In this document: positions 25,131 through 36,870 of the stretch, one piece after another
Layout: each line of letters starts with the position of its first letter
Position numbering within the stretch: the stretch's first letter is position 1
Assembly (NCBI RefSeq): GCF_001194135.2
Contig: NC_068982.1
Coordinates: forward strand, 16,085,810-16,149,809
Direction: 5' to 3'
Source of the DNA: Octopus bimaculoides
Taxonomy: Eukaryota
DNA: 64,000 nt
Program-made: the position numbers and the translations under genes
Notes under the pieces: model-generated
The model's database searches: none
What the model was told of the DNA's origin: nothing
What the model saw: the letters and a program-made list of their open reading frames with translations, nothing else

Positions 25131-26559
25131 ACAAACAGATTACATCCACTGCTTTACCCAATCTTTTTGGGATTATGACAAAGAACAATAGTTTTACAAC
25201 TCTTGTGTCTGGGAGAATTATTATACCAATAACATTCACAATGCGTGTGTTATTATCGGCGAACGATTCTCCCAAGACAACGAAATTTGTTTCAACACAC
25301 AAGTACCCGTCAAGAATCTTGTAAACCAAATACAAAAGACAGTTTTAAAAATTTCGGTTGCAAAGTTGAGGTTGAATTTTAAAATTTCGTAAAATTTAAA
25401 ATAAATAAAAGATGATTTGTTTTGATGTACCGCGAGATATTTGTTAAATAAAGGAGAGCAAGATTGGTTCATTGATTCGCTACCAAGAATGTTATTGCAA
25501 TTTATTTAATCAACTGCCAAATAATAAGAACATTAGAATTAAGGGTGAGAAATTTAACTAGTAATGATAATGAAGCTGGTAGTGAGTGATTAAATCTCAA
25601 ATCGCCAGAACATTTTAAATAACTGCTGTACATTTTCAGTGGTGCGATAGCAAATTTAAATTTCGCATGTGTGTGCAGGTGTGTTTGTACATACATATAT
25701 CCAAAAATCTGCAGTCACTCTATCCAGATTTCAAGTTCAGGTTTATACCTGTAATTATTGATGCACTGAAATAAGTAACACACTGCCTAAATACCAACTT
25801 GAGAAAGTAGGCTTTTCAAAAGCAAGAAAAAAGAAAGCTGATTCGAAGGCTACAGATCCAATCCATCACTGGAACTGCGAAAATCTGTAAAACTTTCTAG
25901 AAATTTATCATTTAGGTATATATGAGTATATCTAGATATGCAAGTCTTTGCATGAGAATACATACATAAAACAAAACACACAAATCTGCAAGTATACATA
26001 CATACATACACGCATACAAAAATACCCGGCTAGTGTTGAAATTCTAATGAAGGAGCCTGGCAAGAAATCTTGAAATTAAACTGAATAATGAGACATACGC
26101 ACACAAGCATATCTTACCTCGATACTGCGTAAACTGAGCTCCCCATTGACAGACCCATGATATTAAATATAATGTTCAACGCTTATGATATGCAAATTAG
26201 TTCCACCGGTGTCCTGTAGCTACTGGATTTGTTGAGTATATAAACAGGTTGGGTTCTTATTTTTCCGAGATTGGTCAGAATATAGACGACTGTTCATCAT
26301 TTCTTTCAAACTTTGGAAAAATAGTTAAATTTTCCGTTTATATATATCTTTCTACCTAGGTTACCTATGACTGTATATATTACATACAATCACGCACGTA
26401 CGCATATATATATACATATATATATATTACACGTGTACCGTTGGCAATTTCTTTTCCTTTGAAATTCTTTCTCCTTTCACCGATCGTCAAGCTAATACAT
26501 TTCTTATGCACGTTCTCATGTTATCCATGTTTATTTGAATTGACTATATATATATATTA

Positions 26560-26710
26560 GCCACTACACATTATTTTCTCTCCTTGTTTCTTCCTGTGGG
26601 GGAGCGTAAGCTCAAAGCGTTAAAGACTTTCACTTCCCCAGCGTTAACTAATACATCTGTTTATTGTCTGCACCACCTGTCTTCGTCTTTTTCTTTTTGT
26701 GAATTCTCTT
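26560..26710 (+). mobile_element. (TA)n-flanked dispersed repeat; related copy on minus at ~49205-49300
   Basis: gactttcacttccccagcgttaactaatac...caccacctgtcttcgtc versus minus-strand gactttccgtattcccgagcgtcatactaat...caccacctgtcctcgtc. Confidence 0.6.
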
Positions 26711-26731
26711 ATATATATATATATATATATA

Positions 26732-28066
26732 TAGTGTGTTGGACAAAATAATAGAATCAACACTTTTTATTAACTATTTTCTTCTATTAGCAATATGCAG
26801 AACTGTTCTAGTTTGTATATATTTGTTCATATGCACTATGCATGCCTTGCGCTTCATGGTAAGTTGTTTTGGCAGATATTAAATAGGCTAAAATGCACGA
26901 GCTATCCGATTTCCAAAAAGAACAAATTTTTAAAGCGTTGATAACTAGAGCTTCAGTTACTAAAACTGATGAATAGTTTCATGTTTCGAGAAGTACAGTG
27001 TCTCAAATCATGTTAGCATTTCTAAACCAAGTTCTACCAGTTCTGGTAAGCATGATTCTGGACGGAAGGCAAAGCTCAGAGAGAGAAACCGTCGAATACT
27101 GAAACGTATTGGTATCTAAAAACCATCGAATTACGACAGCAAAAGTGACAGCGAGTTAAACCACCAGTTTATCCACCCTCTATCAAAACGAAACTATTCT
27201 TTGTGTGTTCCATGAATATGGACACAACAGAAGGGCCGCAATTGCTAAACCTCTCCCGCGCATACTTATTGATAAGCGACAAAAATGGTGGGTACATAAA
27301 CGGTTCTCAACCGATTTAAGATCCGAGTCAGATCCAAAACCTGGATTGTTTTTAGGGGCCGCACCAAGAAAAGTGAAACAGAAGTAAAAAAATATTATAT
27401 TTATTGAGAGAAGATCATCGGGGGCCGCCGGAAGGATTCTTGAGGGCCGCAGTTGAGAACCGCTTGTCTAGATTATTATAAGTGGTAAATGGCTCAATGG
27501 AAATATGTTATCTTTTCTAATGAGACATCATTCACCTACTTTTCCCCACTTTGGAACGAGACCCTTTCATGAATTATGGAGGTGGTTTTGTGAGGATTTG
27601 GACAGTCATATCACGGCAGAATTCTCTTGACTCTTTAACTGTTTTCCATGTCAGAGTTAATGCCAAGGATTACCTGGTTGCTTTGGCTGACCATGTCCAT
27701 CCTGTGGCACACATATTGCTCCTTGATGGCAGCACAATCTTCTAAGAGGAGTCACATCGCTAATTTTATCCAAAATCGGTAAGAAGAACACAGAAGTAAA
27801 GTAGATCACTTGGGCTGTCGCCCCAAATCATCAGATCTGATTATTATTGAAATTATATGCTGCATTTTGGATTAGTAAGTGAGGATCCACTACTCTCCGC
27901 CATTGCCGTTGAAAGCACTAAAGCGGATTTTACATGAAGAATATCTAAAAATTCCCCTACCATTCACAACGTATATGAGTCACTTATTTGATGTATTAAA
28001 ACTGAGTCTGATGCCAAATAAATAATAAAAATTCTATCTAAAAGGTGTTTTCATTATTTTGTTCAA
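26732..28066 (+). pseudogene. Near-complete decayed Tc1-family transposon
   Basis: TIR-like ttggacaaaataatagaa / ttcattattttgttcaa; ELSDFQKEQI..ASVTKT...VSRSTVS (HTH); RRAAIAKPL; WKYVIFSNETSF; GGGFVRIW; PKSSDLIIIE. Confidence 0.85.
27298..27465. mobile_element. hAT (Charlie-like) MITE inside the Tc1 fossil
   Basis: aaacggttctcaac / gttgagaaccgctt; right flank gtctagat. Confidence 0.8.
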
Positions 28067-28160
28067 ATTCGGGGTCGATAAATAAAGTGAAACACCGGGG
28101 TCGATGTGATCGACTCATGCCCTCCCCAAAATTTCAGGTCTTTTGCCTTTAGAAGAAAGG
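28067..28160 (+). mobile_element. 5'-truncated family D SINE inserted in the Tc1 right TIR
   Basis: 14-bp direct repeat attattttgttcaa at 28053-28066 and 28161-28174. Confidence 0.8.
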
Positions 28161-28177
28161 ATTATTTTGTTCAATCA

Positions 28178-28585
28178 GGGCGGCGAGGTGGCAGAATCGT
28201 TAGCACGTCAGGCAATATGCTCACTGGCATTTCGTACTTCCTTGCGTTCTGAGTTCAAATTCCGCAGAGGTTGTTTTTGCTTTTCATCCTATCGAGGTCA
28301 GTGAAAAAAATTACCTGTTACGCACTGAAATCAATATAATCGACTAGCCCCCTCCCACAAAATTTCAGACCTTGTGCCTATAGTCGTTGAGCAAGACGCT
28401 TTATTCCACGTTGCACCAGTTCACTCAGATGGCAAAGACGAGTGGTACATGAGATTCAAAGAGGTAGTTTTGTTCCATTCTATATCATGCTGAATTTCCA
28501 TGAGAACTACATTAAGGTTCCGTGTGTCTGTGGAGTGCTCATCTACCTGCACATTAATTTCACGAGGGGGCTTTTCCGTTGTTCA
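28178..28585 (+). mobile_element. Family D SINE followed by a partial family B SINE
   Basis: gggcggcgaggtggcagaatcgttagc...; then ttgagcaagacgctttattccacgttgc...tgtctgtggagtgctc. Confidence 0.85.
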
Positions 28586-28699
28586 TGTGCATATATACGT
28601 ATGTATATATAGGTATACGTACGTGATGGTATATAAATGATGAAACATGTGTGTTTAGCCTTTGCTAGCCTTCAAACTTTTCAGTATCGTTTCAACAAC

Positions 28700-29150
28700 A
28701 GCAAAAAAAAACCCCCAAAAAAACGGAAAATGAAGAAACCTAGAGAATTTGGCTGTGGATGTTTTCAAAACGGAACAAGACCTCTTCCTGTCCACAATAC
28801 CGAATGAACTAACGGCCTGACACGAGGTACAGACGAGGGTAGCAGTGTCAGATGCCATCATACACTAAATGACCCGATAACCAAAGGAAAAACCAGATGC
28901 AGGATTGATGATATGAAACCCCACCAGAGGGAAGAAATCAGCCAAAGAAGAATGATATGCAAAGCTACAAAATCACAGTGGTACTCCAGTATGACCGTAG
29001 CCGCATGACTGAAACGAAAAAACGAACAAAATCTTTCTCAGCCCTGTCATAGGATAACGGATATACTTAGATTAAACTCTAGAAGACAATCTTTAAGAAA
29101 CTGAAAATATACACGAAACAGAAAAGACATGAAAAAAGCATGGAGATAAA
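28700..29150 (+). pseudogene. Possible Tx1/L1-like ORF1 remnant
   Basis: Purine-rich; frame EQDLFLSTIPNELT...VQTRVAV only loosely resembles such ORF1s. Confidence 0.25.
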
Positions 29151-29612
29151 CTACACAAACTTGAAGGCTCTGTCATCTACGAAAGGAATTCTATCACTGG
29201 ATGATGTTTTCTTGACTTATATACTTCGTTCCTCATTTTTGGTTCTATTCTCAGTTTTCGTTTTCCATTGTTCATATTAGTTTATATTCTTGGCTCTTTA
29301 TCTTCTAAGAATTATTAGTTTTTCATCTTTTGTTTATATTTTTCTTACTTAACTTGGGTTATTTTTAGTTCTCCGGTCATAACTATATTCTTGATTCTTT
29401 ATTGTTTGCTCTTTGGATTTTATCGTTCTTTAACAGTCAAATGTTTATATTTTACTGTTTTCATGGCTAATTTCTCATGTTTTACACACGCACATAATCC
29501 GTATNNNNNNNNNNNNNNNNNNNNNNNNNNNNNNNNNNNNNNNNNNNNNNNNNNNNNNNNNNNNNNNNNNNNNNNNNNNNNNNNNNNNNNNNNNNNNNNN
29601 NNNNATACATAC

Positions 29613-29651
<39 letters not shown>

Positions 29652-29767
29652 AGAAGGTAAACTGTTCCTCTCTGGTTATTCTGTATAGTTGACTCAATAT
29701 TCGGTCATTTTTATCTGCCATTTTCTTTTGTCGTTCTAGTTATTGTTTCATCATTGGTGCAATACAT

Positions 29768-29970
29768 TTGTCCTTCTTTGCTTGTCTTTAGACTGTGGCC
29801 ATGCTGGGGCACCACCATGAAGAATCCTAGCCAAACGAATCGACTCCAGTACTTATTTTTTCTTAAGCCTGGTACTTAATCTGTCGGTATCTTTTGCCGA
29901 ACCGCTAAGTTACGGGGACGTAAGCACACCAACACCGGCGGTGGGGAACAAACAGACACTGACACACATA
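29768..29970 (-). mobile_element. Family C SINE, 3' half
   Basis: gactgtggccatgctggggcacc...ttttgccgaaccgctaagttacggggacg. Confidence 0.9.
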
Positions 29971-30052
29971 TATGTGTGTGTGCTTTGAATAAAAGGAAAC
30001 AACAAAGGCAAGGCAGTGTGAAATTTCTAGGACGTTTATAAAGAGAAAGGTA

Positions 30053-30097
30053 GTCTTACAGCTGTTTCAGGGATATAAATATCCCATCATCGGAGAC
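30053..30097 (-). ncRNA. Minimal type I hammerhead, core variant CCGAUGA
   Basis: Sense gtct-CcGATGA-tgggatatttatatccct-GAAA-cagctg-TA-agac. Confidence 0.7.
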
Positions 30098-30264
30098 GAT
30101 ATGAGAGAGTTAAATAGAAGGAAATAGAGTTCAATATGAGAAGTTATTTTGATAGTGACATCCAACATTTTTATTCTTTTTCCTTTTATACTTCCTGTAT
30201 CTCTCCCTTTCCAAAATAACTTCTTATATTGAACTCTACTATTTCCTTCTATTTAACTCATATC

Positions 30265-30312
30265 GTCTCTGATGATGGAATATCTATTATATCCCTAAAA
30301 CAGCTGTAAGAC
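30265..30312 (+). ncRNA. Minimal type I hammerhead, GAAA changed to AAAA
   Basis: gtct-CTGATGA-tggaatatctattatatccct-aAAA-cagctg-TA-agac. Confidence 0.7.
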
Positions 30313-30439
30313 TACCTTTCTCTTTATGAATGTCCTAGAAATTTCACACTACATTGGCTTTGTTGTCTCATTTTATTCAACATATACACGCTCACACACG
30401 ACTCGCGTTAGACTCCTCACTCATACTATTATCGAACCG

Positions 30440-30610
30440 AGAGTCTAACAGCAGTCCTTCCGTAGCACAACGGGCCTTTCAGTTTCTGTCTGCCAAATCC
30501 ACTCACAAGGCTTTGGTCAACCCGAGGCTATATTAGAAGGCACCGTGTAGTGGGACTGCACCTGATACCATGACTTGGGAAGCAAACTCCTTACCACATA
30601 GCCATGCTAC
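30440..30610 (-). mobile_element. Family C SINE, 5' half
   Basis: tttcagtttctgtctgccaaatccactcacaaggctttggtc. Confidence 0.9.
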
Positions 30611-30676
30611 ACACACATATATATATATATACATACATACATACACACACACGAATGTCTACATATACACACACAC

Positions 30677-30717
<41 letters not shown>

Positions 30718-30794
30718 TACACACACACACACACATGCTCCAACTAAAAGACTTTTCATATGATAGAAAAGAGAATACATAACTAACTGAAAAT

Positions 30795-31715
30795 ATTGTC
30801 TTTGGCAAGTGTTTGCCCTTGTGATTTATTTATTGTCATTGGTATTGCTAATTTAATTGGAAGCTGTTTTCTTATTCGTGTAAACGAAATCTCTTCATTT
30901 CCAGAAGAAAAGCGACTTTTGGAATAGACACGACTTTTCTGCCATGAAGTCGGCGAGTAATAATTTTTGCTTGAGTAATTTTTGCTCCAATTTCTTGAAT
31001 AACTAAATGCGTAGCGTTACACGTCTTATTTGGATTGGTCGGCTGTATGCAGAAATGTTACTTCAGCATTATTCTTTCATTTCAATCTGTCTGATGTCAG
31101 GTCGAATAGATTTTGATTATTTAAATATTTCACATGTGAATTCGGAATTGTCATTTTAATCTGAACATCTATCATGGCCAAACAATATACTATTTGATCT
31201 CCCGGAAACTTGTTCAATATCTCGTCATTGATTAAAACAACATGGACACTTCTGGAACTAAAACAGAAATTTTACAAAATTTTTCATGCTCGGCAATGAA
31301 TTCCTGCATGACATTTTCATTGAAAACTAAAGTGAAGTCCGATGACTCAGTAAAACATATTAAATTTTTCTCGAATTTTAATTTCTCCATTTGTTTCTTC
31401 AGGTTCAGTGCCGTTTCCTGCAGGAAGTAAAGTCATTGAATTAAATTAACTGTTTTTGCTACTCTGAATTTTCTGGATATAATTTAAGTCGCGCATGTTT
31501 TATGTCAGTTACAGCTTTTTGACATGTCTCCAATAATGATGAATTATTAAAATTTGCGTCGACAAATTTTGCTCTGTTGCAACGCTTGATAACATCTCGT
31601 CTAAAATCCCTACCAAAAGAAAGAAAAATTATAACATCTCTAAAATGGATTTGTAAACGCCTTGATTTTTTTCATTAGCTCTTATGTCTAATCCAATTCT
31701 TCAACGGTGAGACAA
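30795..31715 (-). pseudogene. Helitron PIF1-like helicase remnant
   Basis: Frameshifted GRDFRRDVI; INDEILNKFPG; CNATHLVIQ; RKQLPIKLAIPMTINKSQGQTL. Confidence 0.88.
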
Positions 31716-31717
31716 AC

Positions 31718-32022
31718 TGGCACTGCGGCAGTTACGATGCGTGTTCTAGTTGATCCGATCAACGGAAAAGCCTGCTTCTGAAATTAACGTGCTAGTGGCC
31801 GAGTTCTCCACAGACACGAGTACCCTTAACGTATTATTCAGTATAACACAATGTCACAAGATTGGCCCTTTGAATTACAGGTACAACTCATTTTTGCAAG
31901 ATGAGTGGACTGGAGCATTGTGAAATAAAGTGCCTTGCTCAAAGACAACACACTGCCGGATATCGAACTCACAATCTTATGATTATGAGCTGAATATCGT
32001 AACCATTAAGCCACGCGCCTCC
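31718..32022 (-). mobile_element. Family B SINE
   Basis: Head ...aagccacgcgcc; CORE-like gtgccttgctcaa; tail shared with family A. Confidence 0.9.
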
Positions 32023-32069
32023 ACACGTTGAGACAAGATAAACAAGGTCAGCTCCAATGATACAAGTTT

Positions 32070-32778
32070 CATATTCTTTTGTTTCAGTCACTTGACTGCG
32101 GCCATGCAGGAGCACTGCCTTTAGTCGAACAAATCGACCCCAGGACTTATTCTTTGTAAACCTAGTACTTATTCTATCGATCTCTTATGCCGAACGTCTA
32201 TGTTACGGGGACGTAAACACACCAACATCGGTTTTCAAGCGATGGTGGGGGACAAACACAGACACACAAACATATATATTACACCTAGAAAGTTCCCCTC
32301 CGAGGTGTAAGTCCGGGCAAGGTTGTTTGTGGAAGACCAGCAGTCGCCCATGCAAACCAGCCTACCCTCTCCATGCCACCGATGTTATCCAAGGGAAAGG
32401 CAAAGGCTGATTGATGCAGCTTGACACTAGTGATGTTGCAACTCATTTCTACAACTGAGTGATCTGGAGCAACGTGAAATAAAGTGTCTTGCTCAAGAAC
32501 ACAACACACAGCCAGGTCCAGGAACCAAACTCACTACCTCATGATTGTGATCCCGACGCCTAACCATTGAGCTATGCACCTTCATTGCTGTAAAAACGCT
32601 TCTTTTAGCTTTTATTTGTTTGTTATTAGCCTGCGACCATGCTGGAGTTCCGCCTCGAAGAATTTTTAGTCGAATGAATCAACTCCGGTACTTATTCCGT
32701 AAAGCCTTGCACTTATTCATTCGATCTTTTACCGAAATGGTAAGGTACGATGACATAAACATACCTACACCGGTTCTC
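32070..32778 (-). mobile_element. SINE cluster: family C 3' half (32070-32280), family B head with alternative tail (32283-32582), family C fragment (32605-32778)
   Basis: Matches to the family motifs above. Confidence 0.85.
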
Positions 32779-33279
32779 NNNNNNNNNNNNNNNNNNNNNN
32801 NNNNNNNNNNNNNNNNNNNNNNNNNNNNNNNNNNNNNNNNNNNNNNNNNNNNNNNNNNNNNNNNNNNNNNNNNNNNNNNNNNNNNNNNNNNNNNNNNNNN
32901 NNNNNNNNNNNNNNNNNNNNNNNNNNNNNNNNNNNNNNNNNNNNNNNNNNNNNNNNNNNNNNNNNNNNNNNNNNNNNNNNNNNNNNNNNNNNNNNNNNNN
33001 NNNNNNNNNNNNNNNNNNNNNNNNNNNNNNNNNNNNNNNNNNNNNNNNNNNNNNNNNNNNNNNNNNNNNNNNNNNNNNNNNNAGATATAATGAAAAATGA
33101 AATGAAGCCGTTCGGCTCCACCTCCGACCGACTTCATTGAACCTGTTATTAGACCTTTTTTTTTTAAAAACCACTAGTTTACAATACCATTAGTAACACC
33201 ATTAACAGCTAATTTCCATTCTTCCGAAAGATGTTTGTATTATATTTCTTTAAAAAAATCATAAAAGTTTACTCGTTCT

Positions 33280-34800
33280 AGCATTGTGCTGGTGTCTATT
33301 TTCTCGACCCATTACCCATAGTGATAGTTTTCCTCAGTCCCTCAATCTCAAAAGAAACTCTGGGTCTGCCACCACACAGCGAATGTACTCGGGCAACCCC
33401 ATTACTCCTGTTACATCCACTTTTATCACTGTCCCACGAGTCTATCACATTATACAGTTCTTCATTGTCTCCGCTGTACAGTAAAACTTGGGGCTCCTGT
33501 GTGCTTGTCTTTATGTCAGGTGGGGCATGGAGAGGGTTGGTGTCTCTGAGAAAAGTTTGGGATAAAGTGGGTGTAGGTAGGAGTCGGTTGAATGTGAGAC
33601 GGGGGTCATGTACAATGTGTGCTTTTTTTCTTTTTTTCCCAGCCGTTTCCTATCTGTTTTTTTCCTCATTCATCTCTTCTTCGACGCGATTACTGGTTTT
33701 CGTCGGTGGTGAAGTCACAATTTCCTTCTCACTCTCGTGTTTCTCTAGCCTTCGCGGATCGTGGAGGACAGTCCTCACTAATGTGGCCTGAAAGTCCACA
33801 TTTATAGCACCGCGGGATCCTTCCTTCCACTAACTGAATGTTACCTCTCCGACTGTGATGGTCTCGACCATGTTTTCGATGTCTTCCGGGACTGCCTGTA
33901 TTATTATGTCTAGGCTTTGCCCTTGCCAGTTCCTGTGGGATGTTCTGGTGGCCTGTAGGACCACTACTCTCTTCTCCATGCCCAGCAGTATGGCAGCTAC
34001 ATCAACTTCTGGGCGGGGTGTCTCCCAAAGTATACGGGTCGAAGCACCACTTCATCTGTTTTTAACGGTGTTGCTGAATGCAGCCTGGCAGTAGCTACCT
34101 CCTGAAACTGCACCTCTATTGGTCCATACTTTCTTCCCCTGGCAAGGTAGGAAATCTCTTGCCAGATTGGTTTAAGTGCCTTTTCAGCTTGAGCCGTCGA
34201 CATGACTTCAATTTTTCCCGCTTGTTACCGAGTACGTCCTGTAAATTATAGTTTTCCATTTTTTTCTTTTAAGTCTTCTTCCGGACGGCGGGNNNNNNNN
34301 NNNNNNNNNNNNNNNNNNNNNNNNNNNNNNNNNNNNNNNNNNNNNNNNNNNNNNNNNNNNNNNNNNNNNNNNNNNNNNNNNNNNNNNNNNNNNNNNNNNN
34401 NNNNNNNNNNNNNNNNNNNNNNNNNNNNNNNNNNNNNNNNNNNNNNNNNNNNNNNNNNNNNNNNNNNNNNNTCCCTTTTAATCATTTCTTTGAATTTACT
34501 CAATTCCTCCACAGACACGCCTTTGCCGCCTCTGCACAATTCCTTGTCTCCATTACCTCGTCAATTCTTTTCACCAACTCTTCCCCAGACGACACAAAGT
34601 CTGAAGAAGAACCCAAACCCTCGCGCTCCACCACACACTCACAACGCTCCCCCATCAAACAAGAGGGAGGACGTCGCACACCACCGCTGCAAGACAGCCA
34701 AACACACGTGTTCCACACAAAGACAGCAGGTTCAACAACAATCAATAAATCGGAAGCAAGCTTCTTACCACACAGCTATGTCTGCGCCTTTCCTGTCGAC
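33280..34800 (-). pseudogene. Tx1/L1-like ORF1 (gag-like) remnant with CCHC knuckle, spanning a gap
   Basis: ISYLARGRKYGPIEVQF...RPVYFG; GRIPRCYKCGLSGHISEDCP (CX2CX4HX4C at ~33765-33810). Confidence 0.75.
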
Positions 34801-36299
34801 TTATTTTTAATAATTTGTATTACAGGAACTTTAAATTTCAAAGACCTCAAGAACTATTTCATATTAGCCGTATTAGTGCTGCCACGGGTTGACAATTACT
34901 CGAAATGGATTTATTTTCTTATAAAACCAGTCGAAGTTTTTCGAATTGTGCTGTGGAATGGAACCAATAATTTCAGGAATCCCTAATACATTTCTGCCAT
35001 CCTCTAAAAGCCCTTTTCAAATGCTCTAAATGCCTAGACTCTGCAAGATTTCAGTAAAGATAAAGCAAACAAGCAAGTCTTTTGTAGTCGATGTGGTATC
35101 ACAAACACGTGGCGATTCTCCATTGTCTAATAGTGTTCGCTATCAGCCTTTCCTAAATTCATTTCCATTGAAGCTTCTTTTTAAGTAGCACAAATGTCAT
35201 CATTAGCAATTTCCATTCCATGATGTATTTCGCGGAATATGATGAAATGAAGCTCTCAGATAGAAGCGCTCTTGAACTTTTGTCCAAACAAAATATATGC
35301 ATCATAATGGAGTGGGTGTTATTTTTCTTTCATTCTACATTTCGTTGTACAATGCTCATCTGTAATTCCTTGGGAAACCAAGAGAGTAGATACAATTATG
35401 TGCTTTGGACAATGTAAGCGATACATGCTTCACTTTCAGCCGTTAACTAAGAGTTCAGTTTCTTTCTTTTTTGTTTCTCAGTAATCTATTTAGTTCCTTC
35501 GTCATCAATGAAACACATTGTTGTTTGAACAGGCTGATATGAACCATGTAGCTTAAACCCCAACATATTTCATGTGACTTCGGATGCTGAATCAGAGAAA
35601 ACAGCAGCTTTTAATATAATTATCACTTTCATTTGATTTGCTTCTTGTTTCTCAACATCCATTCCCCTAGAAATTATCACTGCGATCAATGGCCATCATA
35701 AAAATATCTACTGAAAAATATTTTTGCTGATCAAACAGTTGTACATACTTCTTCAACACAATGACCACAATATTTCACACTGAAATACAAAAAATATGAA
35801 ACGACTGTCAGATTATCGAAATACACTTTTGATTTGCTGAAATTTGAACCAATAATTCATTATATTCCGGCCTCTATGATGCGAAGAATTCTTTGGATAT
35901 TATTTTTGATATTTACCATCAACCTGTGTGGAACAGTTTGGTTATCTCTCATCATTGACCGTGCAGCATAGTTTTATATAGTCTTAGCTGCGTTTCTGCT
36001 GATACCAACCTATCCTCTTTTGCATGTAACTTATAAACCTTTCTTTAATACGATCAACACCCGGAAAAGAGGTAGGATGCATCTCTCAAACTCTACACTC
36101 CACGTCTGCCCTATGACTTCTTTTCCACTGTATCATTTAAGGAATCCTTAAATTTCGCAGAGAAGACTGTTCATTAAATCTGGTTCATTAGCGATTGTTT
36201 GTACCGAATACAACAAAATTTCTTACCAGTTCTAATTTCACGTGAAAGTAATAACGAAACTCAATTTTCCTAACTTTCATTCAATTGCTATAGTTTCCA

Positions 36300-36719
36300 T
36301 ACTAGCTGTGTGGTGAGAAGTTTGCTTCCCAGCTACATGGTTCCGGGATCAGTCCCACTGCATGTCACCTCGGGCAAGTGTCTTCTACTATAGCCTCAGT
36401 CCTAGCAAAGCCTTGTGAGTGGATTTGGTAGACGAAAACTGAAAGAAACCCATCATATATAAGTACCCAGTACACTGTAAAGTGGTTGGCATTAGGAAGG
36501 GCATCCAGCTGTAGAAACCGAGCCAAAACAGGCTATGGAACCTTGTGCGGCCCCTGGTCTTGCCAGTTCCTATGAACCCGTCCAACCTATACCAGCATGG
36601 AAAACGAGGGTTAAATGATGATGACATGTCTGTGTGTCCTCGTGTCTGTTTGCCCTACCACTCCACGATTGACAACCGTGTTGGGGTGTTTATGTCCCTG
36701 TAATTTAAGAGTTGATTCG

Positions 36720-36752
<33 letters not shown>

Positions 36753-36870
36753 AGTACCAGACTTTCAAAAAAAAGTAGTGGGGGTTGATTTATTTGACTT
36801 ATAATTCTTCAAGGCGTTACCCCAGTATGGCCACAGTCTAATGTCTGCAACAAGTAAAAGATGAAAGATT
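36300..36870 (+). mobile_element. Composite family C SINE with internal insert
   Basis: Head and centre 36300-36450; insert ggttggcattaggaagggcatccagc...gttaaatgatgatga; then the 3' half. Confidence 0.85.

Larger units (their letters stand above)
30016..30350. repeat. Inverted repeat (arms ~30016-30151 and ~30212-30350), each arm carrying a minimal hammerhead
   Basis: Arms are reverse complements: gtgtgaaatttctaggac...aagttattttg versus caaaataactt...gtcctagaaatttcacac. Confidence 0.92.

Noticed and set aside
33100-33150. Minus-strand caatgaag-tcggt...gccga-ac as a hammerhead
   Set aside because: A hairpin is present, but both core strands are off-consensus and stems I and III cannot be assigned.
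34990-36300. Possible decayed DNA transposase
   Set aside because: Coding-like texture, but no motif I can assign with confidence.
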